From Methanocella conradii HZ254 (GTDB lineage: Archaea; Halobacteriota; Methanocellia; Methanocellales; Methanocellaceae), in contig NC_017034.1 of the NCBI RefSeq assembly GCF_000251105.1, positions 1,540,746 to 1,572,745 on the forward strand: DNA of 32,000 bases, in the 5' to 3' direction. The notes beneath the pieces were generated by a model, which saw only the letters and a list, made by a program, of their open reading frames with translations, was not told where the DNA came from and did not search any database. The translations under genes and the position numbers were made by a program. Positions 1 to 8,570 of this stretch are shown in pieces. The stretch's first letter is position 1. Each line of letters opens with the position of its first letter.

Positions 1-694
1 CCGTCGGAATCTTATCTCCAGGCCTTACGACCAGGGTTTCGCCAACCATCACGTTTTCCACCGGTATGTCCATCTCCTTGCCGTCGCGGATGACCCTCGC
101 CATGCTCGGCCTCAGGTCCATGAGCTTCCTCACTGCTGCCGAAGTGCTGGCCTTCATGTAGTCCTCCATGAACTTGCCGAGCAGGACGAAAGCGATGATG
201 ACCGCTGAGACCTCGAAGTATACGTCCGTCTTGGGAACGGGGAGCAAGCCCGGGAAAAACAAGACCACCACGCTGAATATGTACGCGGTAAGCGTCCCCA
301 TGGATATGAGCACGTCCATGTTGGTTGTTCCGCCCTTAAGCGCCTCGAAAGCCCCCTTATAAAAGCTCCAGCCGCCGATGAACTGAACGGGAGTAGTCAA
401 AATGAACAGCCAGTAGCCCCAGGTGAACCATGGAAGCTGGGGTATTGGCGCCCAGGTGATGATGCTCACGCCTGCCGCCAGGGTTAGAAAAGCAACGACT
501 CGCAAAAGGCCAATCAGGAGCACGCCCGAGAGGGCGATGGTGACCCGGCGCTTCATGCTCTTTAATTCTCTCTCCGGGTTCTCGAACGTCCTGAGGCACT
601 GCTCAGAGCAGAAATAATAGGTCCTTCCCCCTACTTCCTTTTTAAAGGGCGTATCTAACTCCACGCTCATTCCGCAGATGGGATCAACTGGCAC
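1..694 (-). CDS. Heavy-metal-translocating P1B-type ATPase, N-terminal part (gene runs off the left window edge)
   Basis: Absent from the supplied ORF track because it is truncated. Hand translation of the minus strand from GTG (694-692) gives VPVDPICGMSVELDTPFKKEVGGRTYYFCSEQCLRTFENPERELK, a YHS/TRASH-type Cys motif. TM helices follow (WGYWLFILTTPVQFIGGWSFYKGAF; NMDVLISMGTLTAYIFS), then the start of the actuator domain (RVIRDGKEMDIPVENVMVGETLVVRPGDKIPT), typical of CopA-like pumps. An in-frame TAG at 708-706 bounds the N-terminus. Metal specificity cannot be read from this fragment. Confidence 0.8.
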   Translation of the reverse strand, partial: MPVDPICGMSVELDTPFKKEVGGRTYYFCSEQCLRTFENPERELKSMKRRVTIALSGVLLIGLLRVVAFLTLAAGVSIITWAPIPQLPWFTWGYWLFILTTPVQFIGGWSFYKGAFEALKGGTTNMDVLISMGTLTAYIFSVVVLFFPGLLPVPKTDVYFEVSAVIIAFVLLGKFMEDYMKASTSAAVRKLMDLRPSMARVIRDGKEMDIPVENVMVGETLVVRPGDKIPT

Positions 695-705
695 GATCTC
701 AACCC

Positions 706-1155
706 CTATTTTCTAACGGTCAAAACAGGCACCCGTGAATGCCTCATCACTTTATCGGCGGTGCTTCCAAGCAAATATCTTTGAATCCCGGTAAGCCCCA
801 GCGTGCCCATCACTATGAGGTCAGCCGATTCCTCCCGGGCCAGCCTTATGATCTCCCCGGCCGGGTGGCCTTCGACAACGCGCTTATCGACGCTTACGCC
901 TTCTTTCGTGGCAGCGTCTTCCACGTATTTAACGGCGCTCTCTCCTCGCTCGTATAATTTCATTAGGGCCTCCTTTTTTGGCGTGGTAAGCGTTATGCAT
1001 TGCTCCAGGCCACAACCCGTCTTCACGTCTACCACATAAACGGCCATCAGTTCTGCCCCCGCGAGCTTAGCAAGGCTGACCGCATAGTGTACGGCCTTTC
1101 TGCTACATGACGACCCGTCCGTCGCCACCAATATTTTCTTAAATAGCTTATCCAT
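706..1155 (-). CDS. Universal stress protein (UspA family)
   Basis: 149-aa ORF. KKILVATDGS at the N-terminus and GTLGLTGIQRYLLGSTADKVMRHSRVPVLTV at the C-terminus are classic USP motifs. It sits on the same strand, 11 bp upstream of the ATPase start. Confidence 0.85.
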   Translation of the reverse strand: MDKLFKKILVATDGSSCSRKAVHYAVSLAKLAGAELMAVYVVDVKTGCGLEQCITLTTPKKEALMKLYERGESAVKYVEDAATKEGVSVDKRVVEGHPAGEIIRLAREESADLIVMGTLGLTGIQRYLLGSTADKVMRHSRVPVLTVRK

Positions 1156-1177
1156 AGTCCATCTCTTAGCCCCTGGC

Positions 1178-1378
1178 TCATTGCTTGCTGCTCATGCTCT
1201 TCCACAATTTTAATATCCACAGGTAAACGTAAATGACCAGGCCGAACAGGAGCAAGAGGAGAAGGATATAGAATATCGTCATGTATATAGATGTCCACTC
1301 GGGGCCCCGAGTGGGCATCCAGTGCTGGCCATTTTCCATGAGGGCACAATATGCCATGGTCATGCCAATCGGTATCAT
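1178..1378 (-). CDS. Small hydrophobic protein with one clear TM helix (hypothetical)
   Basis: 66-aa ORF. IYMTIFYILLLLLLFGLVIYVYLWIL is an obvious TM segment. Its ATG overlaps the stop of the upstream mini-ORF (ATGA at 1378-1375), which suggests translational coupling. Confidence 0.5.
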   Translation of the reverse strand: MIPIGMTMAYCALMENGQHWMPTRGPEWTSIYMTIFYILLLLLLFGLVIYVYLWILKLWKSMSSKQ

Positions 1379-1533
1379 TTCCGTCTGCTCGCCTCTTCTT
1401 TCAAGAATTTATCTTTACAGGCCTCGCAGCAGAACTTTAAAGTCTTGCCGCCGACCGTAGCCGTTACACATTCCTTCGGCAAGAATCGCCCGCACACTTT
1501 ACATCGCATGCCCTCTATAGCGTTCGACCTCAT
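1375..1533 (-). CDS. 52-aa TRASH-type zinc-ribbon / metallochaperone-like mini-protein (below the ORF-track length cut-off)
   Basis: Hand translation of the minus strand gives MRSNAIEGMRCKVCGRFLPKECVTATVGGKTLKFCCEACKDKFLKEEASRRK*. The Cys spacing is C-x2-C-x20-C-x3-C, which fits the TRASH signature (C-x2-C-x19-22-C-x3-C). It heads a same-strand string of genes ending in the P1B ATPase, and it has an AT-rich promoter-like region upstream (1534-1615). Confidence 0.6.
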   Translation of the reverse strand: MRSNAIEGMRCKVCGRFLPKECVTATVGGKTLKFCCEACKDKFLKEEASRRK

Positions 1534-1615
1534 AATATGCGCATCTCAATTTCTAGATATATAAAATACTTAAATTTATATAATGATTGCCAAATTTTAT
1601 TTATGAGGGGATGAA

Positions 1616-2554
1616 ATGCAGTTGAAGCTCTCTTATTTAGCATATACATTAATTGCCATTGCCTTTATATCGCTCTTATTCGGCTTTTCTCAAGCCACTA
1701 AACCGGGCCAGCATAGCGTAGGCTCATATTGGGGGCCGGTTGAAAAGGCTATCGGTAAAAGCGGGACAATGCTGCCGGGAGGCGTATTCAAGGTCGACCT
1801 GACGAGGGGCGACGTGGCAGTAGCTGTCGGAGGCGTGCGATTAAAGCCCGTCATGGCCACGGACTCATGGGTCTCGTTCATGCGCATGGGCGACGAAGCG
1901 ATGATGATGGGGGACATCGTGCTAACCTCTGAAGAGGTGGGTCCGGTACAGGCTAAGCTCAGCGCCGAAGGCATAGACATTACGGCTATCCACAACACGC
2001 TCATCGGCGAGTCTCCCCGGCTCTATGACCTTCATATCGGCGGGCGTGGAGACCCCGCCATGCTGGCGACAAAGGTACGCATAGCGCTCGATACGGCACG
2101 AATATCTTCGGCTGGCGAGAGTCCCCGGCCCGAACGGCCCGCCCCGGCTGTCGGGCAGCTCGACAGGGCCATGGGCTCCGAATATACGCTGGAAGATGGC
2201 GTATACATGTTCAGCATCCCTAGGGCAGAACGGATAACCGTCGATGGCATGGAAATGCCGCCCTCAATGGACGTGGCCACCATGATAAAACTTCAGCCGC
2301 TTGGCGATGGAAATGTGGCAGCCACCGGCGACTTCTTATTAAGGCCGGACGAGGTCCAGCCCGTGATACGTGCGCTAAACGAGAACGGCATCGAAGTGAC
2401 GGCTCTCCATTCGCATATGCTGGTGGAGGAACCCCGCTTATTCATGCTTCATTTCTGGGCTATGGGGGATGAAAACCGGTTAGCAAATGGGCTCAGGCTG
2501 GCCCTTAATAATACTAATAGCATCCCCATTAAAGCTGGCCTGGCTTATCGGTAA
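1616..2554 (+). CDS. Secreted or membrane-anchored protein with an internally duplicated domain (resembles the LppY/LpqO, DUF1259-type family)
   Basis: 312-aa ORF with GAGGGGA 5 nt upstream of the ATG and an N-terminal hydrophobic signal/anchor (YLAYTLIAIAFISLLFGF). Two homologous halves are visible: ...GGVFKVDLTRGDV...GIDITAIHNTLIGESPRLYDLHIGGRGD... and ...DGVYMFSIPRAERI...GIEVTALHSHMLVEEPRLFMLHFWAMGD.... The family name is from memory. Confidence 0.7.
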   Translation: MQLKLSYLAYTLIAIAFISLLFGFSQATKPGQHSVGSYWGPVEKAIGKSGTMLPGGVFKVDLTRGDVAVAVGGVRLKPVMATDSWVSFMRMGDEAMMMGDIVLTSEEVGPVQAKLSAEGIDITAIHNTLIGESPRLYDLHIGGRGDPAMLATKVRIALDTARISSAGESPRPERPAPAVGQLDRAMGSEYTLEDGVYMFSIPRAERITVDGMEMPPSMDVATMIKLQPLGDGNVAATGDFLLRPDEVQPVIRALNENGIEVTALHSHMLVEEPRLFMLHFWAMGDENRLANGLRLALNNTNSIPIKAGLAYR

Positions 2555-2605
2555 GCCCATATTGGGCAAAGTATATAGCGTCACAGCCCTTTAGTAAAAA
2601 CGCAT

Positions 2606-3274
2606 ATGACGGTTACTTTTGACCCTTCCATCCCCGGCGTTTTCATCTTCGGGCTGCTCGCCGGCATCTGCCCGTGCAATAGCGTCCTATGCCTGGGATT
2701 GATTGGCTATCTAACCAGCGGAGAGACGAGGCTGTCGCCTCTTAATGTCTTCAGGCTGGTGGTCGCCTTTTCCATCGGCACGGTGCTCGTGCTGTTGCCG
2801 CTCGGCATCATTGCCGGGCTCATCGGCAAATACATATTATTTTTAAACAGTACCATTGCATGGTCCCTTGGAGGCGTCTTGATGATATTAATGGGACTCC
2901 AACTGCTACACGTCTATAAGCCTCCGATAAAAATCATTTTTAATTTTTTTAAGCTGCCTTCTTCCTATACCGTTTTGGGCGCATTCTTATTGGGGCTGTC
3001 TTTTGGCGCCATAACGGTGGGGCGTGGCGCCCCCATGCTCATCATCGTATTAACGTATATCGCGTTATATCAGGCCCCTCTCCAGGGATTGTTGACCATG
3101 CTCATCTATGCGGTGGGGATGAGCATCCCGCTAATAGTTATCAGCTCGATAGGCGGGGCCATAGGCAAAAAGATAAAAGAGATAGCCAGGGTGGGAGGCG
3201 ACGTCGCCGACCGGGTCACAGGAGCGCTGATCATGATGATAGGCATTTATTTCCTATACCTGGCCTTTGCTTAA
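2606..3274 (+). CDS. Polytopic membrane protein, DsbD/CcdA-superfamily-like, with a CPC motif in TM1
   Basis: 222-aa ORF with about 6 hydrophobic helices. TM1 reads FIFGLLAGICPCNSVLCLGLIGYL. The overall layout resembles cytochrome-c-biogenesis/DsbD_2-type transmembrane proteins, but I do not see a second conserved PC motif, so the family assignment is tentative. Confidence 0.55.
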   Translation: MTVTFDPSIPGVFIFGLLAGICPCNSVLCLGLIGYLTSGETRLSPLNVFRLVVAFSIGTVLVLLPLGIIAGLIGKYILFLNSTIAWSLGGVLMILMGLQLLHVYKPPIKIIFNFFKLPSSYTVLGAFLLGLSFGAITVGRGAPMLIIVLTYIALYQAPLQGLLTMLIYAVGMSIPLIVISSIGGAIGKKIKEIARVGGDVADRVTGALIMMIGIYFLYLAFA

Positions 3275-3280
3275 AAACCC

Positions 3281-3523
3281 CTATCTCCCACTTCGCTTAC
3301 AAGGCGATAGGATCTGCAGTATCTCCTTACCTTTTGGCGTAACCTTATACGGAAACCCCGATGGGTCGCAATCCTTTTCAACGTACCCCGGCTTAAGGGC
3401 GCAGTCGATCTCGCTCAAGATCAAGGCATCGATCTCCTCGCGTGTCATCCACCGCAATTCCTTTTTCTTTTCCGGCTCCATGAACGCGAGCACGAGGTCC
3501 TCGATGTCGTCCGGGATGCGCAT
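3281..3523 (-). CDS. Hypothetical 80-aa soluble protein
   Basis: Protein-like charged/hydrophobic pattern (MRIPDDIEDLVLAFMEPEKKKELRWMTREEIDALILSEID...YKVTPKGKEILQIL). The overlapping plus-strand ORF 3267-3602 is Ser-rich, low-complexity, and looks like a shadow ORF. No family recognised. Confidence 0.4.
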   Translation of the reverse strand: MRIPDDIEDLVLAFMEPEKKKELRWMTREEIDALILSEIDCALKPGYVEKDCDPSGFPYKVTPKGKEILQILSPCKRSGR

Positions 3524-3666
3524 AGTATACCATTACGCTTGCATCAACTTTAGCTTTCCCGAATACTTACAATTGATGGGTAGGCGATATTGTTATATAT
3601 GAGGTGATATATGTACAATACAATACTTTAATGTATAAATATATACAATGATATTGGTGAAAAGTC

Positions 3667-4443
3667 ATGAAGTCTAAGGATATAGTCATTGTAGGCATAT
3701 TGCTCGGCATAGGCGCCATCGTGAGGTATGTGTCCCTCATAGCGCCCGGCCCTATCACGAGCAACCTAGTAATAGCTTTCTATAGCCTGGCAATAATATT
3801 GGTGGCCCCAAAAGCGGGCGAAGCGCTGGGCATCGGCATCGTCGCGGGCATCGTATGCGCGCTGATAAGCCACTCGCTCTTCCCGCCCGCCAACCTGATA
3901 AGCGAGCCGGTCGGCGCGCTGGTCGCGCTGGCGAGCCTGACGCTGATAAACAAGCTCACCGGGATCAAGGAAACCGTTAAGGCGGCCGCTGACGGCGGCG
4001 CAGGCGGGCGAAAAGACGATGCCGCAGGGTACGTCATTGCCGCCCTCGGCCTGCTGGGCATGATATCGTTTACGGCCCTCATGTTTATAAAAGAGCTCAA
4101 AGCGCTGGTCGCTAATACCCCCCTGGCAAGCCAGAATAACATGATAATATTCGGAGCCATATCCGTCCTGATAGCGCTCGCAGGGCTATACCTCATGCCG
4201 GCCACGCTTAATAAGTATAGCGCGGGAGTGGTCTCGCTTATAGCCACTCTTGCGAGCGGCCTGACGTTCGTGACGGTCGCCGCATTGGTGATATTCGCCA
4301 TGCCGGGCATACTTAATACGACTAAAGCGCCGCCCATCGACGTATTCGTATTCTCCGCCCTGCCAATCGTGATCGGCTGCGCCATCATCAACATGATACT
4401 AGCGCAGGCCCTCTATTTCCCCGCGAAGAAGGCGATGCGCTAG
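3667..4443 (+). CDS. ECF-transporter substrate-capture (S) component, TrpP-like, with a large internal insertion
   Basis: 258-aa all-hydrophobic ORF immediately upstream of the ECF A-A' and T genes. Its N-terminus (MKSKDIVIVGILLGIGAIVRY...SNLVIAFYSLAIIL...GIGIVAGIVCALISH...ISEPVGALVAL) and C-terminus resemble TrpP-type S components as I remember them. Substrate unknown. Confidence 0.6.
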   Translation: MKSKDIVIVGILLGIGAIVRYVSLIAPGPITSNLVIAFYSLAIILVAPKAGEALGIGIVAGIVCALISHSLFPPANLISEPVGALVALASLTLINKLTGIKETVKAAADGGAGGRKDDAAGYVIAALGLLGMISFTALMFIKELKALVANTPLASQNNMIIFGAISVLIALAGLYLMPATLNKYSAGVVSLIATLASGLTFVTVAALVIFAMPGILNTTKAPPIDVFVFSALPIVIGCAIINMILAQALYFPAKKAMR

Positions 4444-4470
4444 CTAAAAAACCCATCTGGTCGGTGACCC

Positions 4471-6111
4471 ATGATAAAGTTCAGCCACTTCACTTATCGG
4501 TATCCGACGCAGGCCGAACCCACCCTCATAGACATCTCGCTCGAGATTAAGAAAGGGGAGTTTTTGTTGATAACGGGGCGTTCAGGTGCCGGCAAAACAA
4601 CGCTATGCAGGGCAATGTTCGGCGCCCTTCACCACGACATTGGAGGTGAGTTCAGCGGCACGCTAACGTTAAAGGGCATGGACGTATCAGGGCTGAGCAT
4701 CGGCCAGATCGGCTCTTTCATGGGAGTGGTGTTTGACGACCCTGACTCACAGCTATTCATGCCCCAGGTCGAGGATGAGATAAAGTTCAGCCTCCAGGCA
4801 AGGAGCCTGCCGTCCAGCCAGAAGGATATCGAGAAAGCGCTGGCCCGCGTCGGCATCGCCCATTTAATTAAGCGGCCGACCCATGAGATATCAGGCGGTG
4901 AGAAGCAGAAGGTGGCCATAGCGGCTGCGCTCGCCGTAGACCCTGAAATATTTCTTTTTGACGAGCCTACTTCTCAGCTAGACCCCCAAAGCACTCTCGA
5001 AATATACGCCATCCTGGAGGAATTAAAGGCTGAAGGCAAGACCATAATTCTAATAGAGCAGAAGATAGAGGACATCGTCGATAAGGTTGACCGCATCGCC
5101 GTGGTCGACGCCGGGAGGATTGTCGCGTGCGGCAGCCCGCGGGAAGCCTTTAAGAGCCGTGAGCTATACGAGACGATGCCTTACCCTTGCGTGTCCAGGC
5201 TGGCCGTGGAATTGAAGGCGGATGACATGCTCCTTAGCCTGGATGAAGGGAGGCGGTTTTTAAAGTCCAGGGGCATCAAGTTGAAGCCGGCATCGGGCGA
5301 TAGGAGTGCTGATGGCGAAGGCTCGAAGCCCATCCTTGAGGTAAAGGATTTATGGTTTGGCTATGATGGGCGCGACGTGCTAAGGGGCATCTCTTTTGAT
5401 GTCAGGGCGGGCGAGGTAGTGGCCGTATTGGGCCGTAACGGGTCGGGCAAGACGACGCTTTTAAAGAACCTCATAGGGCTTCTTAAGCCCCGCGGCCATG
5501 GCATGGTACTGTTGAACGGCCTGGACGTAAAGGGCCTTAAGGTGGAAGAGGCAGCTCGAATCGCCGGGTTCCTGTTCCAGAACCCGGACAACATGCTATT
5601 CGCCGATACTGTCATGGAGGAGGTCATGTTTAGCCCTGTGAATCTTGGGCTGCCGGATAGCGCCGGGAGAAGCGTCAGGGCTCTTGAAGAGGTGGGCCTT
5701 TTACATAAAAAGGATGAGTATCCCAGGTACCTGGGGAATGGCGAAAAGCTGAGGCTTTGTGTCGCTTCTATACTGGCCATGGGCCCCCGCCTAATAGTTT
5801 TGGATGAGCCTACGACGGGGCTGGACGACAACGAGTGCGCCCGGCTCATGGAGGTTGTCTTGAAGATGAAGGCGGAGGGCGTCGGCATCATCATGGCCAC
5901 CCACGACATGAACCTGGTAGCCCGCTATGCTGACAGGGTCATCGTGATAGCGGACGGCCGGATATTCAGGCAGGGCCGCCCTGCCGAGGTGCTCAGGGAC
6001 TCGGCAGCGCTGAGCGCCGCATCCTTAAAGTCCCCTCCCATAGTCGAGCTTTCGAGCGAAGTGGGCCGGGTTTGCTTGACTGTTGAAGAGTTCCTGGAGG
6101 CGATGGTTTGA
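4471..6111 (+). CDS. ECF transporter ATPase, fused duplicated EcfA-EcfA' (CbiO-like)
   Basis: 546-aa ORF with two ABC nucleotide-binding domains. Walker A motifs are GRSGAGKTT and GRNGSGKTT. Walker B motifs are IFLFDEPTSQLD and LIVLDEPTTGLD. The signature is SGGEKQKV in NBD1 and a degenerate GNGEKLRL in NBD2. H-loop ATHD. Confidence 0.9.
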   Translation: MIKFSHFTYRYPTQAEPTLIDISLEIKKGEFLLITGRSGAGKTTLCRAMFGALHHDIGGEFSGTLTLKGMDVSGLSIGQIGSFMGVVFDDPDSQLFMPQVEDEIKFSLQARSLPSSQKDIEKALARVGIAHLIKRPTHEISGGEKQKVAIAAALAVDPEIFLFDEPTSQLDPQSTLEIYAILEELKAEGKTIILIEQKIEDIVDKVDRIAVVDAGRIVACGSPREAFKSRELYETMPYPCVSRLAVELKADDMLLSLDEGRRFLKSRGIKLKPASGDRSADGEGSKPILEVKDLWFGYDGRDVLRGISFDVRAGEVVAVLGRNGSGKTTLLKNLIGLLKPRGHGMVLLNGLDVKGLKVEEAARIAGFLFQNPDNMLFADTVMEEVMFSPVNLGLPDSAGRSVRALEEVGLLHKKDEYPRYLGNGEKLRLCVASILAMGPRLIVLDEPTTGLDDNECARLMEVVLKMKAEGVGIIMATHDMNLVARYADRVIVIADGRIFRQGRPAEVLRDSAALSAASLKSPPIVELSSEVGRVCLTVEEFLEAMV

Positions 6112-6872
6112 GCGAGGTATTTCAGTATATAGACCGTGACACGTTCATACACCGTCTGAACCCGTTGACGAAGATCGTCTTCTGCGTAGTGGTCATTCTG
6201 GCCGGTATCCTGTGTAACGATCCGCATGTATTATTATTTTTATTGGCCCTTCCGCTGGCGGGCTTGCTTATATCGGGCATGTCACGGGATGTCGTGCAAC
6301 AGGCTAAGATGCTATCGCTTGTGTTCGCATTTCTCATGGTATTGACAATGCTAACCGTCAGGAGCGGCGAAGCTTACGCTTTCAATGGCATTACGCTGTT
6401 CACCTACGATGGCCTCGCCCTGGGCATTATCATATCGCTAAGGCTTGCCGCAATGTTCTTCGCCTTCATGCTGCTCGTTAACACTACGAGGCCGTCTGAC
6501 CTTGTGAACACGCTCGTGAGCAGGCTTTATTTTCCCGTGGATTATGCCCTGATGCTCATGATCACGCTGCGCTTCATACCGACGCTGCAGATTGAAGCCC
6601 GTAAGATAAGGGATGCTCAGGCCGCCAGAGGCTTCAACGTGAGGGGCATAAAGAACATCTCGAAGAGCATCAGGCCGACCATCACGCCGCTGCTCTCGAA
6701 CTCCATCGGAAGGGCGGGCAGCCTCGGGCACATCATCGAGCTAAGGGGCTACCACAGTGGCTCGAAGATCAAGTTTACCGTGATACCCCTGCATGGCATC
6801 GATTTCGTGCTTATCGGCCTGATGCTCGCCGGGCTGGCCGCGTACACGATACATGCTTTAAATTTTATATAA
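6108..6872 (+). CDS. ecfT: ECF transporter transmembrane (T) component, EcfT/CbiQ family
   Basis: 254-aa membrane ORF. Its TTG start overlaps the ATPase stop (TTGA). It carries the conserved EcfT coupling-helix region (...RFIPTLQIEARKIRDAQAARG...) and begins FQYIDRDTFIHRLNPLTKI, a typical CbiQ/EcfT N-terminus. Confidence 0.85.
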   Translation: MSEVFQYIDRDTFIHRLNPLTKIVFCVVVILAGILCNDPHVLLFLLALPLAGLLISGMSRDVVQQAKMLSLVFAFLMVLTMLTVRSGEAYAFNGITLFTYDGLALGIIISLRLAAMFFAFMLLVNTTRPSDLVNTLVSRLYFPVDYALMLMITLRFIPTLQIEARKIRDAQAARGFNVRGIKNISKSIRPTITPLLSNSIGRAGSLGHIIELRGYHSGSKIKFTVIPLHGIDFVLIGLMLAGLAAYTIHALNFI

Positions 6873-6945
6873 AATCGGGAAGAGAATATAAATATAATAT
6901 TAATAAATTATTTATATGGCCGGGGTGTAACTCGCCAATGTTAAA

Positions 6946-8511
6946 ATGAGCAATCTGAAACATGCTGATGCGCCACGGGAATCGCTGGAACGAGAGATGG
7001 ATTCGCTGAAGAGGCTGCTGAAAAAGCAAAAAGAGGAGCTGGACAGGTGTAGTGATGCCGTGCGCTCCCTGCGCGAGAGCGAGGAAAACTTCAGAGCCCT
7101 TGCCCAGACGACTTCGGCCATCATCTTTTTCTACCAGGGCGAAAGCCTCGTCTACGTTAACCGTGCCGCCGAAAGGGTCACAGGCTATTCAAAAGACGAG
7201 CTTTTAAAGATGAAATTCTGGGAAATAATACGCCCGGATTACCAAAAACGGGTCAGAGAGTATTGCCTTGCGAGGCAGCGCGGCGAGCAGGTGCCATCGC
7301 CTTATGAGGCCGGGATCATCACGAAGGGCGGCGAAATGAGGTGGGTGGAGATCACGGCGGAACGCATCACGTATACGGGAAAGCCTGCAGGAATGGCGAC
7401 GTTTTTCGATATCACGGATCGTAAGCACGCCGAGGAAAAGATGCGGCTCACCCAGTTTGCCATCGACAATTTCATGGATTCATCCATATGGCTTAACTTA
7501 GAAGGGCAAATTATCTACGCCAATAAGGCGACATGCCAAAGCCTGGGATATTCTGCCGACGAGCTATTATCCATGAGGATCTGGGACGTCTACCCCGACT
7601 GCCCATATGAAAGGTTTTTGGAGAGATGGGATAAAGCTAAAAGGAGTGGTGCCTTCAATTTTCAGTCCATGCACGTTAGAAAAGACGGCAGCGCCTTCCC
7701 CGTAGAAGTCAGCGCCAACTACCTGAAATTTGAAAATAAGGAGTACCTTATAACATTCGCCCGGGACATAACGATACGTAAACAATATGAGGAAGCCCTA
7801 TCAGATGCTAATGCACAAACAGAATTTTACCTGGACTTGATGGGCCACGATATCAATAACCTGAACCAGGTCGCCCTTGGGTACCTGGAATTGGCGGACG
7901 ATGCCATAAGATCCGGTGGGAAGCTCGGCGAAGACGACATTGGCCTGATTGAGAAGCCGATGGTGTCGTTGAAAGGCAGTTCCAGGCTCATCGATAAGGT
8001 TATGAGGCTTCGTAGGCTAAAATCGAAAGAGCTCATTCTTGAGCAGGTGGATATCTGTAGCGTTTTAAGCAGGTTGAAAGATAAATACTCGCACGTTCCA
8101 GGAAGGAACGTGGCCATTAATTATACGCCATCTGCGGAGTGTTTGGTGGTGGCCAACGAGCTCATAGACGAGATTTTCATTAATCTCATCGAGAACTCGA
8201 TTAAACACTCACCCGTAGATAGGCCACTGATAATAGACATACTACAAGCAATGGCTCGTGAGGATGGCAAGGCGTTTATCCGCGTCACAATAGAAGATAA
8301 CGGACCGGGCATACCGGATGATGAAAAAGAAAAATTGTTCACCCGCTTCTACAGGGGCAAGACACTGGAAAAAGGAAAAGGCCTTGGCTTATATCTCGCT
8401 AGAACGCTGGCTGAAAATTTTGGCGGCAAGATAAGGGTGGAAGACCGGGTGCCGGGGGATTATACGAAAGGCGTGAGGTTTATAGTCATGCTGCCCGCCG
8501 CCAGGAAGTGA
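6946..8511 (+). CDS. Sensor histidine kinase: N-terminal coiled coil, two PAS domains, HisKA-like H-box, HATPase_c
   Basis: 521-aa ORF. Two PAS-like repeats end in FFDITDRKHAEE and FARDITIRKQYEE. The H-box is LDLMGHDINNLNQ. The ATPase carries an N-box (NLIENSIKHS), a G1 box (DNGPGIP) and a G2 box (GKGLGLYL). There is no TM segment and no adjacent response regulator. Confidence 0.85.
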   Translation: MSNLKHADAPRESLEREMDSLKRLLKKQKEELDRCSDAVRSLRESEENFRALAQTTSAIIFFYQGESLVYVNRAAERVTGYSKDELLKMKFWEIIRPDYQKRVREYCLARQRGEQVPSPYEAGIITKGGEMRWVEITAERITYTGKPAGMATFFDITDRKHAEEKMRLTQFAIDNFMDSSIWLNLEGQIIYANKATCQSLGYSADELLSMRIWDVYPDCPYERFLERWDKAKRSGAFNFQSMHVRKDGSAFPVEVSANYLKFENKEYLITFARDITIRKQYEEALSDANAQTEFYLDLMGHDINNLNQVALGYLELADDAIRSGGKLGEDDIGLIEKPMVSLKGSSRLIDKVMRLRRLKSKELILEQVDICSVLSRLKDKYSHVPGRNVAINYTPSAECLVVANELIDEIFINLIENSIKHSPVDRPLIIDILQAMAREDGKAFIRVTIEDNGPGIPDDEKEKLFTRFYRGKTLEKGKGLGLYLARTLAENFGGKIRVEDRVPGDYTKGVRFIVMLPAARK

Positions 8512-8570
8512 CTCATGCCTGAGAGAGGCCTGCGAGAAGTTTTTAAGCCGAGGATGCCCATTATATATTA

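Noticed and set aside
3267-3602. Plus-strand 111-aa ORF antisense to 3281-3523
   Set aside because: Ser-rich low-complexity sequence with a non-ATG start that overlaps the end of the upstream gene. The minus-strand 80-aa ORF looks more protein-like, though it too is only weakly supported.
3524-3666. Riboswitch or leader upstream of the ECF transporter
   Set aside because: The region is simply AT-rich, with TATA-like elements serving two divergent genes. I could not identify any conserved riboswitch core or convincing stem architecture by eye.
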